A stretch of DNA of 57,578 bases from NCBI GenBank assembly GCA_016872955.1, contig VGYP01000001.1, positions 1 through 57,578 of the forward strand, read 5' to 3'. The stretch is from Planctomycetota bacterium. GTDB taxonomy: Bacteria; Planctomycetota; Planctomycetia; Pirellulales; UBA1268. Shown one piece after another: positions 48,753 through 57,123 of the stretch. Each line of letters opens with the position of its first letter. The first letter of the stretch is position 1. The position numbers and the translations under genes were made by a program. The notes under the pieces are model-generated. The model had not been told where the DNA came from and made no database searches. It worked only from the letters and a program-made list of their open reading frames with translations.

Positions 48753-49955
48753 TCAGGCCCTCGGTGTCGTGGGATCGTCGAGGAAGGCCGCGACCCGGTC
48801 GAGGCCACGGGCGAGCGTCTCCTCGCCCGCCGCGAAACTCATGCGGACGTGCCCCTCCGCGCCGAAGGCGCTGCCGGCCACGAGCGCCACCTGCTGGCGC
48901 TCCAGCAGCATCTCGCACCAGGCGAGGCTCGTGGCGATGCCTACCGACCGCGCCCGGGCCAGGGCGGCGCGGATGTCGAAGAAGGCGTAGAAGGCACCCC
49001 CGATGTCGGGCAGGCGGATGCCCGACAGCCGGCGGAGCCGCGCGGCGACGAGATCGCGCCGCAGCTGGAAGGCCCGGCGCATCTGCTCGACGCACTCCTG
49101 CGGCCCGGTGAGCGCGGCGACCGCCGCGTGCTGGCTGATGCTCGAGGGATTGCTCGTCTCCTGGCTCTGGAGGTTGGCGATCGCCTTGGAGAGCGGCTCC
49201 GGTGCGATCGTCCAGCCGATCCGCCAGCCTGTCATCGAGTAGGTCTTGCTGACGCCGGCCACCACGATGGTCCGGTCGGTGAGGCCGGGGCGAAGCGTGG
49301 GGAACGAGGGGCTCGTGCGGCCGTCGAAGACAAGCTGGTCATAGATCTCGTCAGCCAGCACCGTCAGATCGGCGTCGATCGCCACGTCGGCCAGCGCCGC
49401 CAGTTCCGCCGGCTGGTAGACCACGCCGGTGGGGTTGCTCGGCGAGCAGATCAAGAGCATCCGCGTCCGGGGCGTGAGGGCCGCCCGTAGGGCCTCGGGC
49501 AGGAGCTTGAAATCGTCCTCGATCCGAGTCTCCACGAGCACGGGCGTGGCCCCGGCCAGCTTGACCAGTTCGGCGTAGCTGACCCAGTACGGGGCCGGCA
49601 CCACCACCTCGTCCTGCTCGTCGAGCAAGGCGGTAAACGCGTTGTGGAGAGCGTGCTTGGCACCGTTCGAGACCACCACCTGGGACGGCGTCACGGCCAG
49701 GCCGGAGCGACGCGTGTAGTCTTCGGCGACGGCCTTGCGCAGCGCCGCAAGGCCCGCCGCCGGCGTGTATTTGGTGTAGCCGGCCGCGATCGCCGCCTCG
49801 GCCGCCCGGCAGATATGCGGTGGCGTGGGGAAGTCCGGCTCCCCGACCGACAGGTCGATCACATCCAGCCCGGCGGCCTTCATGGCCCCGGCCCGGGCGG
49901 CCATCGCCAGCGTGGCGGAGGGCTCGAGAGCCGCCATGCGGCGGGCCAGCTTCAC
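48753..49955 (-). CDS. pyridoxal phosphate-dependent aminotransferase (aspartate aminotransferase-like)
   Basis: From the GTG start: KLARRMAALEPSATLAMAARAGAMKAAGLDVIDLSVGEPDFPTP. Also NPTGVVY and SKTYSMTGWRIGW. The long 5' extension of the 987-aa ORF is antisense to the next gene. Confidence 0.88.
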   Translation of the reverse strand: MKLARRMAALEPSATLAMAARAGAMKAAGLDVIDLSVGEPDFPTPPHICRAAEAAIAAGYTKYTPAAGLAALRKAVAEDYTRRSGLAVTPSQVVVSNGAKHALHNAFTALLDEQDEVVVPAPYWVSYAELVKLAGATPVLVETRIEDDFKLLPEALRAALTPRTRMLLICSPSNPTGVVYQPAELAALADVAIDADLTVLADEIYDQLVFDGRTSPSFPTLRPGLTDRTIVVAGVSKTYSMTGWRIGWTIAPEPLSKAIANLQSQETSNPSSISQHAAVAALTGPQECVEQMRRAFQLRRDLVAARLRRLSGIRLPDIGGAFYAFFDIRAALARARSVGIATSLAWCEMLLERQQVALVAGSAFGAEGHVRMSFAAGEETLARGLDRVAAFLDDPTTPRA

Positions 49956-50114
49956 GGGCGCGGTCTCCGTCTGGACTCGTGCGTCTGCCCGCCGGAGGCT
50001 TCCTTGACGCGACCTGCGGGCCGCAGAATGATACCACCGCTCGTCCGGCTTCCCAGCCGGCGGGCACCGCGGTCGCCCCGGCCGCCGCGGCCACGAGTGT
50101 CCTGAAAGGTCCCC

Positions 50115-51326
50115 ATGCCCAGCCGTCGAGTCGGAGCCTGGCTCATCGGAGCCAAGGGGGGCGTCGCGACGACCATGATCACCGGCCTGGCGGCGCTCGC
50201 GCGGCGGGCGTTGGATCCCGTCGGCCTGGTGACGGCCACCGAACCGTTCGCCGGCCTGTCGCTGGTCGACTTCCCAGACATCGTCGTCGGCGGCCACGAC
50301 ATCCGCGCGGGCCGCCTCGCGGCCGAGGCGGGGAAGATGTGGACGCAGAGCCGGGCCATTCGTCCGGACCTCCTGGCCGACGCCGCGGACTTCTTCGCGG
50401 CGGTCGAGTCGCGCTTGAGGCCAGGCACGGTCGTGGGGGCCGGCGACCGGATCCGAGCGATCGCGGAGCAGGGGGCGGCCGTCGTGGTCGAGAGCCCGCG
50501 GCAGGCGATCGAGCGGATCCGGTCCGACATCGCCGCCTTCGCCGCGGCCGAGCGGCTCGACCACGTGGTGGTCGTCAATCTCGCCTCCACCGAGCCGCCC
50601 CCGGAGTGGCCGATCCCGCGTGACGTCGCCGACCTCGAGCCGCTGCTCGACGAGGTGGCGACGTGTCCGCTGCCGGCCAGCAGCCTCTATTTCCTGGCGG
50701 CGGCCGAGGCAGGGGCCTCCTACGTGAACTTCACACCCTCGGCCGGCGGTACGCCGGCCTGCCTGCAGGATGTCGCGGTCGCGCGGGGCATCGCCCAGGC
50801 CGGCTGCGACGGCAAGACGGGGGAGACGCTGCTCAAGAGCGTGCTCGCCCCGATGTTCGCCGCCCGGCACCTGGAGGTGATGAGCTGGGTGGGGCACAAC
50901 ATCTTCGGCAACATGGACGGCCAGGTCCTCGACGACCCCCGCAACAAGGCCGCCAAGGTCCGAAGTAAGGATCACCTGTTGGCGTCGATCCTGGGCTACG
51001 CCCCGCAGACGCACGTCTCGATCGAGTACATCGCGAGCATGGGCGACTGGAAGACCGCCTGGGACCACGTCCATTTCCGCGGCTTCCTCGGCACGCCGAT
51101 GACGCTGCAGTTCACCTGGCAGGGATGCGATTCGATCCTGGCGGCGCCGCTCGTGCTCGATCTGGTGCGGTTGGTGGAGCGGGCCTGGCGGGGCGGCGAG
51201 CGAGGCGGGCTCGACTGGCTGGCCTGCTTCTTCAAGAGCCCGCTGGGTGTGACGGAGCAGTCGTTCACCGAGCAGGTGACGATGCTGCACGACTGGGTGG
51301 AGCGGCAGCCGAGCGCGTCGAGTTGA
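50115..51326 (+). CDS. inositol-3-phosphate synthase (myo-inositol-1-phosphate synthase family)
   Basis: 403 aa. VGAWLIGAKGGVATTMITG..., SYVNFTPS and GKTGETLLKSVLAPMF, with the layout of the short bacterial/archaeal MIPS. Recognition is by overall pattern only. Confidence 0.75.
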   Translation: MPSRRVGAWLIGAKGGVATTMITGLAALARRALDPVGLVTATEPFAGLSLVDFPDIVVGGHDIRAGRLAAEAGKMWTQSRAIRPDLLADAADFFAAVESRLRPGTVVGAGDRIRAIAEQGAAVVVESPRQAIERIRSDIAAFAAAERLDHVVVVNLASTEPPPEWPIPRDVADLEPLLDEVATCPLPASSLYFLAAAEAGASYVNFTPSAGGTPACLQDVAVARGIAQAGCDGKTGETLLKSVLAPMFAARHLEVMSWVGHNIFGNMDGQVLDDPRNKAAKVRSKDHLLASILGYAPQTHVSIEYIASMGDWKTAWDHVHFRGFLGTPMTLQFTWQGCDSILAAPLVLDLVRLVERAWRGGERGGLDWLACFFKSPLGVTEQSFTEQVTMLHDWVERQPSASS

Positions 51327-51607
51327 GCCCGACGCGGCGACCGCACCGCGGTCCGCGCGCGGTCGCGAGGCCGTCGGAGCGGTCGACGACACCGATGGTG
51401 GTCCGCCCCTGCCGGTAAAAATTCCGGTTTTCTTCCCTTGACAGTTTTCCGGGTGATCCTCCACAACTCTCCGAATCGGCATGGGAACGAGGGCGAGTGA
51501 TCGCTCGGATTCCGATGCCGAAACGTCGTTCGCTCCCCTCCACAAGAGCACCCGGGGGCGCGGACGTGAGATCGGTGTCAGGGTGTTCGTGGCAAGGAGC
51601 CAGTTCC

Positions 51608-51670
51608 ATGGCGAAGAAGAAGAAAAAGAAGGCCGCCAAGAAGGTCGCCAAGAAGAAGGGCCACGGCTGA
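51608..51670 (+). CDS. 20-codon poly-lysine micro-ORF (MAKKKKKKAAKKVAKKKGHG)
   Basis: AAGGAG lies 9 nt upstream of the ATG. 11 of 20 codons are Lys, and 10 of those 11 use the GC-preferred AAG. The alternative poly-Glu frame would use the disfavoured GAA. Whether it is coding or regulatory is open. Confidence 0.4.
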   Translation: MAKKKKKKAAKKVAKKKGHG

Positions 51671-51855
51671 GTGGCCCGTGCCTGACGGCCCTTCGGAGCC
51701 GGTCATGGCACGGCACTCACCCGCGGGGTTCCACTCGTGGAGCCCCTGGCGGTCCGCTTCGCGGGCCGCCCCCTTCGCTTCGGCCGGCCTGCGGCCGTCC
51801 GACCCTCGGGTCTGGCGGGACGGGGAGGTCGAGGCGTCCACGATCTGACGAGAAA

Positions 51856-51898
51856 GGCCGGCCCGGGCCCTTGGGCGCCCGGGCCGGCCTCATTTTTG
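51856..51898 (+). terminator. strong rho-independent terminator
   Basis: A perfect 13-bp stem GGCCGGCCCGGGC / GCCCGGGCCGGCC has an 8-nt loop. TCATTTTTG follows. It lies 45 nt upstream of the rlmM-like start. Confidence 0.75.
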
Positions 51899-51942
51899 TC
51901 GCCAGCGCCCGCGGCCCGGCCGGCCACTAGGCTTTTCGCCCG

Positions 51943-53046
51943 ATGGAACCCGTCGTCCGAGCCATGCCGCCGCAAAGCGAGTTTCTGCTTGCCGCCTGCC
52001 AGGCGGGTGCGGAGGGGGCGGTGCGCGAGCGGATGGCGGTCGGCTGGCCGGACGTGAAGCCCGGCGCCTGGCGCCGGGGCGTGGTGACCTTTCGTCTGCC
52101 TGCGCCGGTTCAAGACCTGCCAGCCGACCTGCTCGATCGCCTCGTCTTCGCACGCACGCTCATGCACTCGCTCGGTCAGGTGACCGGATCGGACCCCGCG
52201 GCGCTCGCCGCCGAGGCGACTGCCCGCGCGGGCACGACCGGCTGGCAGCGGGTCCACTGTTGGCATCGGCAGTTCGTGCCGGGATCACAGCGCCCGACGC
52301 TCGCCGAGCCGGTCGCCGCGGCGCTCGCCGCGACGCTGGCCGCCTGCGGCCTGCCGGCCCAGACCGACCCGACGGCCCGCCCTGGGGACCTCGTGCTCGA
52401 TGTGGTCGTCGACTCGCCGGAGCGCTGGTGGGTGGGCTGGCATCGAGCCGCCGAACCCGCCACCTGCTGGCCTGGCGGCATCCACCGGCTCGCGACCGGA
52501 CCGTTACCCGTCGGCAAGGTGTCGCGGGCGTGGTTGAAGCTCGACGAAGCGATCGCGTTGTTCGGGATCCCGTTGGCCGCCGGCGAGCGTAGCGTGGAGC
52601 TCGGCGCCGCGCCCGGCGGAGCGTGTCAGCGATTGCTTGAGGCCGGCCTGCGGGTGGTCGGGGTCGATCCGGCGATCGTCGATCCGGCAGTTGCGGCACT
52701 GCCAGGATTCACCCAGTGGCGGATGCGGGCGCGGGACGTGCCCGTGGCCCGCTTCGCGGGGTTCGACTGGCTCGTGGCGGACATGAACATCGACCCGCGC
52801 AGCACCCTGGCGGCCTTGGGCCGCGTCGCCACGGCCAAGGGAGTGCGGCCGGCGGGCATCGTGGCGACCTTTAAACTTCCCGTCTGGTCGCGTGCCGGGG
52901 AGGTCGCCGAGTGGCTGGCGGCCTTCGCCGGCTGGGGCTTCCGGACCAGGGCGCGGCAGCTCTCGTCGAGCGGCCGTGAACTCTGCGTGGTGGCCACGCC
53001 GGGCGGCGTCAGGCCTCGCCCAGCCAGACGTCCTCGGGGGGCGTGA
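51943..53046 (+). CDS. rlmM: RlmM-like 23S rRNA 2'-O-ribose methyltransferase (THUMP-like N-domain plus FtsJ-type SAM MTase)
   Basis: VSRAWLKLDEAIALFGIPLAAGERSVELGAAPGGACQRLLEAGLRVVGVD...DWLVADMNIDP parallels RlmM (SRSTLKLEEA...DLGACPGGWT...CDMVEKP). Confidence 0.7.
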   Translation: MEPVVRAMPPQSEFLLAACQAGAEGAVRERMAVGWPDVKPGAWRRGVVTFRLPAPVQDLPADLLDRLVFARTLMHSLGQVTGSDPAALAAEATARAGTTGWQRVHCWHRQFVPGSQRPTLAEPVAAALAATLAACGLPAQTDPTARPGDLVLDVVVDSPERWWVGWHRAAEPATCWPGGIHRLATGPLPVGKVSRAWLKLDEAIALFGIPLAAGERSVELGAAPGGACQRLLEAGLRVVGVDPAIVDPAVAALPGFTQWRMRARDVPVARFAGFDWLVADMNIDPRSTLAALGRVATAKGVRPAGIVATFKLPVWSRAGEVAEWLAAFAGWGFRTRARQLSSSGRELCVVATPGGVRPRPARRPRGA

Positions 53047-53830
53047 GGCTGCCGGACACGATGAGGAGCTGGCCCGTCGGCGTGTCGAGGATGAGTCGGC
53101 CGTCGGCTGCGATGCCGCCACAGATGCCATCGTGGATGCGCTTTGCCACGTGGACGCGGATCGGTCGCCCCACGAGTGCACACAGCGGTCGGTAGCGGTC
53201 GGCCAGAAACCGCTCGTCGCTGGTCACGTCGGCCAAGACCGCGAACAGCCGCGGCAGGAACTCGGCGAGCAGCCGCTGTCTGCCGAGGGGACGGCCGACG
53301 AGATCGGGTAGTGTGGCCACGCGGCGAGCGAGCCGCGGCGGTGCCTCGGTCGCAGAGCCGGTCGTGTTGACGCCGATTCCGAAAATCGTCCGGCCGCCGA
53401 CCGTCTCGACGAGGATACCGGCGAGCTTGCGGCCCGCGACCTCCACGTCGTTGGGCCAGCGGACGAGGGCCGCCACGGTCGGCTCGAGCAGGCGGATCGT
53501 CTCGGCGAGCGCCACCCCTGCGGCCAGCGACCAGGAGGGCGGCGGCCCGGCGGGAGCGTTCCGGGCGGCCACCACCACGCTCACCGCCAGCGCGCCGGCG
53601 GGCTGCCACCAGCTGGCCGCGCGGCGACCACGGCCGCGCCGCTGCCGGTCGGCGACGACGGCGAAGGGCAGGGCCGCGTCCGATGCGCTGGCGACCGCGC
53701 GGGCCCGATCCATGGTGGAGTCGGCCTCCGCCAGCTGCTCGAACGTCGCCAGGGAGCCTGGGCCGACGAGGGCGGCGGGGTCGATCGCGTCGGTCGGCCC
53801 GACCGCCGTTGCGGGCTGGTGGCTGGGCAA
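53009..53830 (-). CDS. birA: biotin--[acetyl-CoA-carboxylase] ligase
   Basis: FEQLAEADSTMDRAR and RQRRGRGRRAASWW (the GRGRxGRxW biotin-binding loop). The listed start is TTG, so the true start is uncertain. It overlaps the rlmM-like 3' end convergently. Confidence 0.82.
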   Translation of the reverse strand: MPSHQPATAVGPTDAIDPAALVGPGSLATFEQLAEADSTMDRARAVASASDAALPFAVVADRQRRGRGRRAASWWQPAGALAVSVVVAARNAPAGPPPSWSLAAGVALAETIRLLEPTVAALVRWPNDVEVAGRKLAGILVETVGGRTIFGIGVNTTGSATEAPPRLARRVATLPDLVGRPLGRQRLLAEFLPRLFAVLADVTSDERFLADRYRPLCALVGRPIRVHVAKRIHDGICGGIAADGRLILDTPTGQLLIVSGSLTPPEDVWLGEA

Positions 53831-54015
53831 GCTGGGCTGGCTCCACGAGGGGAGGAAGCCGGCAATGTAGAGGCTCCGCCCGGAGGTCGTCCGCGGCCTT
53901 GATTCAGCCCGCCTGCGCGCGGTACCTCCCGCGGGCTCCGGGGTCGTTTTCCTGGGCTTTTGAACCCTCGCTGCCGGAGGGCCCGACCGCGGCCCGCCGG
54001 CCGGACGTGCGCCGC

Positions 54016-55221
54016 ATGCAACCGTCGCCGAGACCCCTGCTCACGTTGCTGGTCTTCGCGTCGCTCGCGACGACCGTGGTCCGCGGCCAGACCGCCTCGT
54101 TACCCCCGCCAGCCGCCTCGTCGATCGATCGACTCGCGCAGGCCCCGGCCCTGTCGCCGCCGCCGCCCACGTGGGATCCCTACGCCGCACAGGCTGCGCC
54201 CTTCCCGGCTAATCCTGGCACGGCCGGCTGGGCCCCCTCGGCGATCAGCGGCCAGCCCGGCTACCCGGGCTATTCGCCGGCCGCGCCCTCGCTCGTCCAA
54301 CCGACCGCGCCGCCGGGTCAGGCGCTGACGCCCGCGGGCTATCCGGCCCCGAGTTCCACCTTCGACCAGAGCATGCAGCAGACCTACGCCCAGACGATGC
54401 ATGTCTTCCAGGGTGTCCGCGGCAGCTGGGCCTACCTGCTCGGGGACGGCTCGGGCACCCGCGTGGGCATCAACGAACTGGACACCACGGCCACCTTCGC
54501 GCTGCCCTTCTTCCACAACTCACCGGCCAACATCAACCACGCCCCGCTGCTGATCACGCCCGGCTTCGGCCTCCAGCTCTGGGACGGTCCACAGACCTCG
54601 TCGACACTCCTGGCCGACCTGCCGCCCAATACGTACGACGTGTTCGTCGACGCCGCCTGGAACCCGAAGTTCACGCCGTTGTTCGGCGCCGAGCTGGGCA
54701 TCCGGGTCGGCATCTTCACCAACTGGGACGTGTTCGTCACCGACAGCTGGCGCATCATGGGGCGGGCCATCGGGACGCTGCAGATGACGCCCACCATGCA
54801 GGGCAAGGTGGGCATCGTCTACCTCGACCGCAACCAGGTGAAGCTGCTGCCGGCGGTGGGCATGACCTGGACGCCCAACGCTGACTCCCGCTACGACATC
54901 TTCTTCCCGGCGCCGCGGGCCTCCAAGCGGTTTGGTGCCACGGGGCGGCACAACTGGTGGGGCTACCTCTCGGGTGAGTATGGCGGCGGCGCCTGGACCT
55001 TCCGTCGCAACACGCCGCTCTACAACATGATCACAGGCTTCGACTACAACGACATCCGCATCGCGCTGGGCACCGAATGGGTGCCCAAGGCCGCCACGGG
55101 CCTGGCAGGCAACTTCGAGGTGGGCTACGTCTTTTACCGGCAGCTCTTCTACGTCGAAGGGCCGCCGCAGATCCAAAACCTGCCCGACACGATCATGTTC
55201 CGCCTGGGGTTGGCGTACTGA
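54016..55221 (+). CDS. secreted hypothetical protein, putative outer-membrane beta-barrel (tandem paralog 1)
   Basis: The signal peptide is MQPSPRPLLTLLVFASLATTVVRGQ. A Pro-rich linker follows, then alternating-hydrophobic beta-strand patterns. The C-terminus is ...MFRLGLAY, with an aromatic last residue. Confidence 0.55.
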   Translation: MQPSPRPLLTLLVFASLATTVVRGQTASLPPPAASSIDRLAQAPALSPPPPTWDPYAAQAAPFPANPGTAGWAPSAISGQPGYPGYSPAAPSLVQPTAPPGQALTPAGYPAPSSTFDQSMQQTYAQTMHVFQGVRGSWAYLLGDGSGTRVGINELDTTATFALPFFHNSPANINHAPLLITPGFGLQLWDGPQTSSTLLADLPPNTYDVFVDAAWNPKFTPLFGAELGIRVGIFTNWDVFVTDSWRIMGRAIGTLQMTPTMQGKVGIVYLDRNQVKLLPAVGMTWTPNADSRYDIFFPAPRASKRFGATGRHNWWGYLSGEYGGGAWTFRRNTPLYNMITGFDYNDIRIALGTEWVPKAATGLAGNFEVGYVFYRQLFYVEGPPQIQNLPDTIMFRLGLAY

Positions 55222-55341
55222 CTTCGGGGCTGTGTGGGCATCGATGCCCCCTGCAGCCCCGCCGGCCGTTCAGCCGGGCGGCGGTGTTGGTGCGCAGGGT
55301 GGCATTGCAGGGTTGGTGACGGCGCATCGAGGAGGTTCTGT

Positions 55342-56409
55342 GTGAGCGGGACGTCGATGCCCCCTGCCGCCCCGCCGGCCCTCCAGCCGCTGCTCGTCGC
55401 CGCGGTTATCGCCTGCCTGCCGGTCTTCCGGCCGCGGGCCGACGACGTGGTCGTGCCGCTGCCGCCCGTGGAGGCGTCGATCTTCGAGCGGATCAGGCTG
55501 GCGGCCCTCGGCGACCCACAGGATCTCACCGAGCCCCTCCTGCCCGACGACGTGGCGCCGCCCGGCCAGCCGCGGCAGGAGTTCGAGCCGCCCGCCGGAC
55601 GCAGGTTGCCCCCCGGGGCGAAACCCGGCCCGCTCCAGCAGGCGATCTTCACCGTCACGGAACTGCCGCGTTTGGGTGACGACGGGCTTGGGCTCACCAC
55701 GCTCGACACGAGCCTCACGATCGGCCTGCCGGCACCCACCGTCGAGTCGCCGCTCTTGCTGACGCCGGGCTTCGGCACGACCTTCGTGGACGAGGTGCCC
55801 GGGCCGATGGACCCCGGGCTGCCCGCGCAGCTCTACGACGGCTGGGTGCAGGCCCGCTGGCTCTCCAAAATAGGCACCCGCTTCGGCATCGACCTCGCCG
55901 TGGCGCCGGGCTGGTATTCGGACTTCGATAACGACACGCCGCAGGCCTTCCGGATCACCGGCCACGGCTTCGGGGCCTGGGAGCCGCGTGCGGATCTCCG
56001 CGTCGTGGCCGGGCTCATCTACCTCGACCGCTACGACGTCAACATCCTGCCGGCTGGCGGCCTGCTCTGGACGCCGACCGACGACCAGCGGCATGAACTG
56101 ATTTTCCCCCGGCCGCGGCTGGCCTGGCGGGTGGCCGAGAGCCCGCGGGCGGCTCAGTGGGTCTATGTGGCCGGTGAGTTCGGCGGCAACCAGTGGGCGG
56201 TCCGCCGCGACAGCGGTGCCGACGACGTCGTGGTGTATCACGACTATCGCCTGCTCGTGGGCTGGGAGCGACGGCCGGCCGATCTGGCCGCAAGCTGGCG
56301 GCTCGAGACCGGCTGGGTGACCGGACGGCTCGTGGAGTACTACCTCACCGACACCGCCGACTACCGGCCGGCCGACACGTTCCTCGTCCGCTGGGGCGTG
56401 TGGTACTGA
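55342..56409 (+). CDS. secreted hypothetical protein, putative outer-membrane beta-barrel (tandem paralog 2)
   Basis: The GTG start lies 6 nt after GGAGG. It shares blocks with paralog 1. LLLTPGFGTTFVDEVPGP matches LLITPGFGLQLWDGP. GLIYLDRYDVNILPAGGLLWTP matches GIVYLDRNQVKLLPAVGMTWTP. The C-terminus is ...LVRWGVWY. Confidence 0.55.
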   Translation: MSGTSMPPAAPPALQPLLVAAVIACLPVFRPRADDVVVPLPPVEASIFERIRLAALGDPQDLTEPLLPDDVAPPGQPRQEFEPPAGRRLPPGAKPGPLQQAIFTVTELPRLGDDGLGLTTLDTSLTIGLPAPTVESPLLLTPGFGTTFVDEVPGPMDPGLPAQLYDGWVQARWLSKIGTRFGIDLAVAPGWYSDFDNDTPQAFRITGHGFGAWEPRADLRVVAGLIYLDRYDVNILPAGGLLWTPTDDQRHELIFPRPRLAWRVAESPRAAQWVYVAGEFGGNQWAVRRDSGADDVVVYHDYRLLVGWERRPADLAASWRLETGWVTGRLVEYYLTDTADYRPADTFLVRWGVWY

Positions 56410-56426
56410 CAGGAGCGCCGACGGCC

Positions 56427-56930
56427 ATGGTGTGGTTGGCTGGAAGCTGCTGCGACGCCGACCTGGTCCTATGCAGGGGGGCAGACCCAATGCTTGCGGG
56501 GGCTTGGGCGACCTGCGTTGCTGCCGTGGTAGCACGACATGCTCCAAGGTGGTCGGTCATGGTCGAGCGATGGATCCGGGTCCGTGCGATCAGGCCGTGG
56601 TTCGGCCTCGCCGGTGACGCCGCGATGGTCGTGGTCTGCGTGGCGGCCCTGGTGCTGACCGGTGCTGGGCCGATCGATGGGCCCGAAGCCACGGCCGACG
56701 ACACCGTCGCCCTGGTGTCTCAGAAGTGCGTGCTCTGCGGCCGGGCGTTCGCTGACAAGATGGCCCAGCTCTGCTCGCGTTGCGACCGTGGCAAGTGCTT
56801 CAAGTGCGGCAACACGTTTCCCAGCGTCGTGGCTCGCGTCTGCTCTTCCTGCGACAAGGGGAAGTGCGTCGACTGCGGTCGGGCGTTCCCCGACAAGGCA
56901 GCCAGGCTCTGTAGCCGCTGTGCCAACTAG
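56427..56930 (+). CDS. membrane-anchored protein with three tandem zinc-ribbon units
   Basis: The TM helix is AAMVVVCVAALVLTGAG. Three units of about 22 aa follow: KCVLCGRAFADKMAQLCSRCDRG, KCFKCGNTFPSVVARVCSSCDKG and KCVDCGRAFPDKAARLCSRCAN. AGGAG lies upstream of the ATG at 56427. An alternative start is the Met at MVERW. Confidence 0.5.
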   Translation: MVWLAGSCCDADLVLCRGADPMLAGAWATCVAAVVARHAPRWSVMVERWIRVRAIRPWFGLAGDAAMVVVCVAALVLTGAGPIDGPEATADDTVALVSQKCVLCGRAFADKMAQLCSRCDRGKCFKCGNTFPSVVARVCSSCDKGKCVDCGRAFPDKAARLCSRCAN

Positions 56931-57123
56931 GCCGTCGCCACGTTTGGCGGGCCTGAACAAGGTGAATGCCACTGGTTCTGGGCCACGCGGATCGGCAGGC
57001 CTGGCGGACGTGTCCGCTCCGGCACCGCCGCCGGCCGCGAGCGGGCAAACGGCACTGCTTCCCGCCGGCCGCACCCCGGTTCATACTTGGCTCGCCGCGT
57101 TCGACTCGTCCCGGAGAATCGCC

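Noticed and set aside
49956-51716. Upstream 586 codons of the 987-aa minus-strand ORF 48753..51716.
   Set aside because: It is antisense to the inositol-3-phosphate synthase gene and the micro-ORF region. The aminotransferase homology begins only at the GTG at 49955.
51481-51930. 149-aa ORF covering the micro-ORF region (the poly-Glu frame).
   Set aside because: The Glu run would be encoded almost entirely by GAA, against the strong GC3 bias of real genes here. The rest is Arg/Gly/Pro-rich and runs straight through the terminator hairpin.
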